Source: Paraspadella gotoi
Lineage: Eukaryota; Animalia; Chaetognatha
Assembly: GCA_051294375.1 (NCBI GenBank)
Contig: JBJCIZ010000239.1
Span: 5,723,074-5,787,073 of the forward strand
Reading direction: 5' to 3'
Length of the DNA stretch: 64,000 nucleotides
Positions within the stretch are counted from its first letter, which is position 1; each line of letters opens with the position of its first letter. The position numbers and the translations under genes are program-made. The notes under the pieces were generated by a model. That model saw nothing but the letters and a program-made list of their open reading frames with translations. It ran no database searches and was not told the DNA's origin. This document shows, piece by piece, positions 62,034 to 64,000 of the stretch.

Positions 62034-63168
62034 TTAATTAATTAAGGGCAAATATTCATGCTTGTCCATGGGCCTCATGTAGTCCTTTCCCAGCAACACC
62101 TGCAACATCTCGACAATCTTCTCGTCCTCGCACGGCACGTGCACCAGGAAACCGTGGAGATCGGACGAGCAGACCCGGACGGTAAAGTCGTAGGACAGGA
62201 CGCCTGTACTTTGCGAGACCGTGCCATGGGGTCGCCCCGAGGCCACGAGCCAAACGTCGGTGGACACGTTCGCGATTCTGTATCTGTAGAAAAATCCGTT
62301 GTTCCCGTATTCGGGGAGATTCGGGTCTTTTTCTTCGACGCTGTAGTCTCTGGCTTTGACATCGGATCGTGAGGCCCCTAAGCGGATCATCTCTGGAAAA
62401 CTGGGTTGAGAAAGAAAATAGGCCTTGTTTTGCCAAAGCACCCCCCGTTTCGTCTTAAATACGAAATTAAGCCAGTTTCAAGGTTTAAGGATTAAGGTAA
62501 AAGTTAGGGTTAGAGATCAGGTCGGGGATTAGGTTAAGGATTAGGGTTGGGAGTTAGGGTCAAATAATAAGTTAGGTTTTGGGATTAAGGCTGGGGATTA
62601 GGGTTAGGGATTGGGTTATTGATTAAGGCTGGGGATTAGGGTTAGGGATTGGGTTATGGATTAAGGCTGGGGATTGGATTATGGATTAAGGCTTGGATTA
62701 GGTTTAGAGATTGGGTTATGGATTAAGGCTGGGTAGGGATTAGGTTATGGTAAAGGATGGGGATTAGGGTTAGAGATTGGGTTATGGATTAAGGCTGGGG
62801 ATTAGGGATTAGGTTATGGATTAAGGCTGGGATTAGGGTTTGGATTGGGTTATGGATTAAGGCTGGGGATTAGGGTTAGGGATTGGGTTTTGGGTTCAAT
62901 AAAACTTTCAGGTTAAACGTTAAAATAAAAATCAAATAAAGAGATGATGTCACAGATGATGCTACAGTTAGACAAAGCTATCTCACTCACTCTTATATTC
63001 TCTCTCTCGCTCTCTCTATCTATCCTCCACTCCCCCTTGCACTCCTCTTACTCACGCTTCGACTCGACTGTATCCAAAAAAGTCCACATCGCTATCTTCG
63101 GGCAAAATGCTGCACTGACGCCACCAACCGAGCAGAGTCCCGCTGCGGAGGAAAGGACGAATACGAAC
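62034..63168 (-). CDS. Fukutin-like / LicD-family phosphotransferase, last two exons (63168-63056, 62400-62034); 5' exons lie in the terminal gap
   Basis: PFLRSGTLLGWWRQCSILPEDSDVD matches the LicD/fukutin GT.LGW.R...IP..DxD motif. VCSSDLHGFLVHVPCE...LLGKDYMRP matches the fukutin C-terminus. The intron is phase-2 GT-AG. Confidence 0.8.
62480..62897. repeat. Interstitial degenerate TTAGGG-like array inside a MITE
   Basis: GGATTAGGGTTAGGGATTGGGTTATGGATTAAGGCTGG units following a GGCC...CCCCCCGTTTC TIR-like end. Confidence 0.7.
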
Positions 63169-63242
63169 CTTGGCAAACAATGATTAATTTTTTTTAAAAA
63201 GCGCTACATTTCAGTAGCTTAATACCTGAAATTATTTAAAAC

Positions 63243-63345
63243 TGTAGTCGAGCATTGCCTAATTTGACTCCGCCTATAACTTATAGTATAAGCGTGATAC
63301 CTTCAGTCGTGACCCGGTGGCTTATTGAGTAAAGCCATCAGCCAT
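63243..63345. mobile_element. Family-B-related element terminus
   Basis: TGTAGTCGAGCATTGCC is the reverse complement of the family-B end. Shares TTATTGAGTAAA with 48785. Confidence 0.6.
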
Positions 63346-64000
63346 ATTGTTAATAATAATTTTTAAAAATACAATTGTTTATTTTTATAAAATATATATA
63401 TTTAAGCGATTAAATCATGTCTTTATTTATANNNNNNNNNNNNNNNNNNNNNNNNNNNNNNNNNNNNNNNNNNNNNNNNNNNNNNNNNNNNNNNNNNNNN
63501 NNNNNNNNNNNNNNNNNNNNNNNNNNNNNNNNNNNNNNNNNNNNNNNNNNNNNNNNNNNNNNNNNNNNNNNNNNNNNNNNNNNNNNNNNNNNNNNNNNNN
63601 NNNNNNNNNNNNNNNNNNNNNNNNNNNNNNNNNNNNNNNNNNNNNNNNNNNNNNNNNNNNNNNNNNNNNNNNNNNNNNNNNNNNNNNNNNNNNNNNNNNN
63701 NNNNNNNNNNNNNNNNNNNNNNNNNNNNNNNNNNNNNNNNNNNNNNNNNNNNNNNNNNNNNNNNNNNNNNNNNNNNNNNNNNNNNNNNNNNNNNNNNNNN
63801 NNNNNNNNNNNNNNNNNNNNNNNNNNNNNNNNNNNNNNNNNNNNNNNNNNNNNNNNNNNNNNNNNNNNNNNNNNNNNNNNNNNNNNNNNNNNNNNNNNNN
63901 NNNNNNNNNNNNNNNNNNNNNNNNNNNNNNNNNNNNNNNNNNNNNNNNNNNNNNNNNNNNNNNNNNNNNNNNNNNNNNNNNNNNNNNNNNNNNNNNNAAA

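Noticed and set aside
62480-62897. True telomere
   Set aside because: The array is degenerate, intronic and flanked by exons.

Overview
AT-rich, microsatellite-laden draft genome of a eukaryote, most likely an invertebrate animal. It has spliceosomal introns, GC-rich exons, N gaps and signs of long-read indel noise. Genes reconstructed by hand: (1) a single-pass membrane protein with a long acidic, low-complexity tail (+, 148-5523); (2) a small 8-Cys secreted, probably GPI-anchored protein missed by the ORF track (+, 7297-8029); (3) a Protein 4.1/coracle-type FERM gene with an AHNAK/PEVK-like spacer (-, 9229-18068); (4) a fragmentary unknown gene near 29-30.5 kb; (5) a GH38 Golgi alpha-mannosidase II (-, ~41515-57475); (6) the last two exons of a fukutin/LicD-family gene (-, 62034-63168). 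The main observation is that four, probably five, introns of the mannosidase gene are each one transposon insertion whose target-site duplication (TSD) supplies splice sites, so splicing restores the reading frame exactly. Two mechanisms appear. LTR-like TG...CA/TA elements with a GGTN 4-bp TSD give GT-AG introns. TIR elements with a 7-bp TSD ending in AG give a GC-AG intron and an apparent GG-AG intron. The window also holds several families of ~250-bp solo-LTR-like elements with internal tRNA-like cassettes, DINE-1/Helentron-like repeats, MITEs, a Penelope-type minimal hammerhead ribozyme and minisatellites. All family assignments come from motif recognition, not database searches.
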